Shown piece after piece: positions 56,597 through 56,813 of a stretch of DNA of 56,813 nt; within the stretch, counting starts at the first letter, position 1, and each line of letters starts with the position of its first letter. The DNA is from Limisphaerales bacterium (GTDB lineage: Bacteria; Verrucomicrobiota; Verrucomicrobiia; Limisphaerales; SIBE01): contig JBGAIN010000008.1 in the NCBI GenBank assembly GCA_044225505.1, positions 62,001 through 118,813 on the forward strand, given 5' to 3'. The notes under the pieces are model-generated. The model saw nothing but the letters and a program-made list of their open reading frames with translations. It had not been told where the DNA came from and searched no databases. The translations under genes were made by a program, and so were the position numbers.

Positions 56597-56813
56597 ATGG
56601 AAAAAGTCGTCCTGCGGCAATGGCTTGATGCGGATCTCGAGCCGTATGCCGAGATGAATGCCGATCCGGAGGTTATGCGGCATTTTCCAGCTCGTCTCAC
56701 CCTGGCTGAATCGAAGGAATCATTGGAGCGATTGCGGCGGACGATCGCCGAACGGGGATGGGGCTTGTGGGCGGTCGAAGTCGAAGGACGATTCGCTGGC
56801 TTCTCGGGATTAA
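56597..56813 (+). CDS. GNAT (RimJ/RimL-type) N-acetyltransferase, partial
   Basis: Manual translation MEKVVLRQWLDADLEPYAEMNADPEVMRHFP...GWGLWAVEVEGRFAGFSGL; runs off the window end. Confidence 0.85.
   Translation, partial: MEKVVLRQWLDADLEPYAEMNADPEVMRHFPARLTLAESKESLERLRRTIAERGWGLWAVEVEGRFAGFSGL

Overview
A gene-dense bacterial chromosome segment, most likely Verrucomicrobiota (inferred from the PEP-CTERM proteins, the prepilin/H-X9-DG protein and the overall gene set). From left to right: a PEP-CTERM gene divergent from an exopolysaccharide export operon (OM beta-barrel, short Wza-like OPX, Wzc); mtnP; a GH127; polX-PHP; and an rpoD interrupted by an apparent +1 frameshift. Next is a complex I operon nuoB-N with no nuoA, a perfect Rex-type operator upstream, and a tRNA-Gln(CUG) with its own promoter lying antisense between nuoE and nuoF. 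This is followed by kdsA, a long LptC/LptA multidomain gene, lptB, pyk and a LysM gene; fur; an Ig-domain gene and a prepilin gene; and a four-helix-bundle gene enclosed in a 29-bp RNA-type inverted repeat. The right part holds ruvA, M28 and M2 (ACE-like) peptidases, tRNA-Leu(CAA) with a PEP-CTERM remnant behind it, proS, a heparinase II/III-like gene, an AAA ATPase, a ThuA-like gene, a repeat-rich intergenic stretch, and a GntR/LacI-MFS-GH32 fructan locus. The best candidates for undescribed biology are the antisense tRNA inside the nuo operon, spanned by a coupled 47-codon bridge ORF, and the stem-enclosed four-helix-bundle cassette. No CRISPR array, rRNA, integrase, transposase or reverse transcriptase was seen. 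All calls are from reading the sequence; no searches were run.
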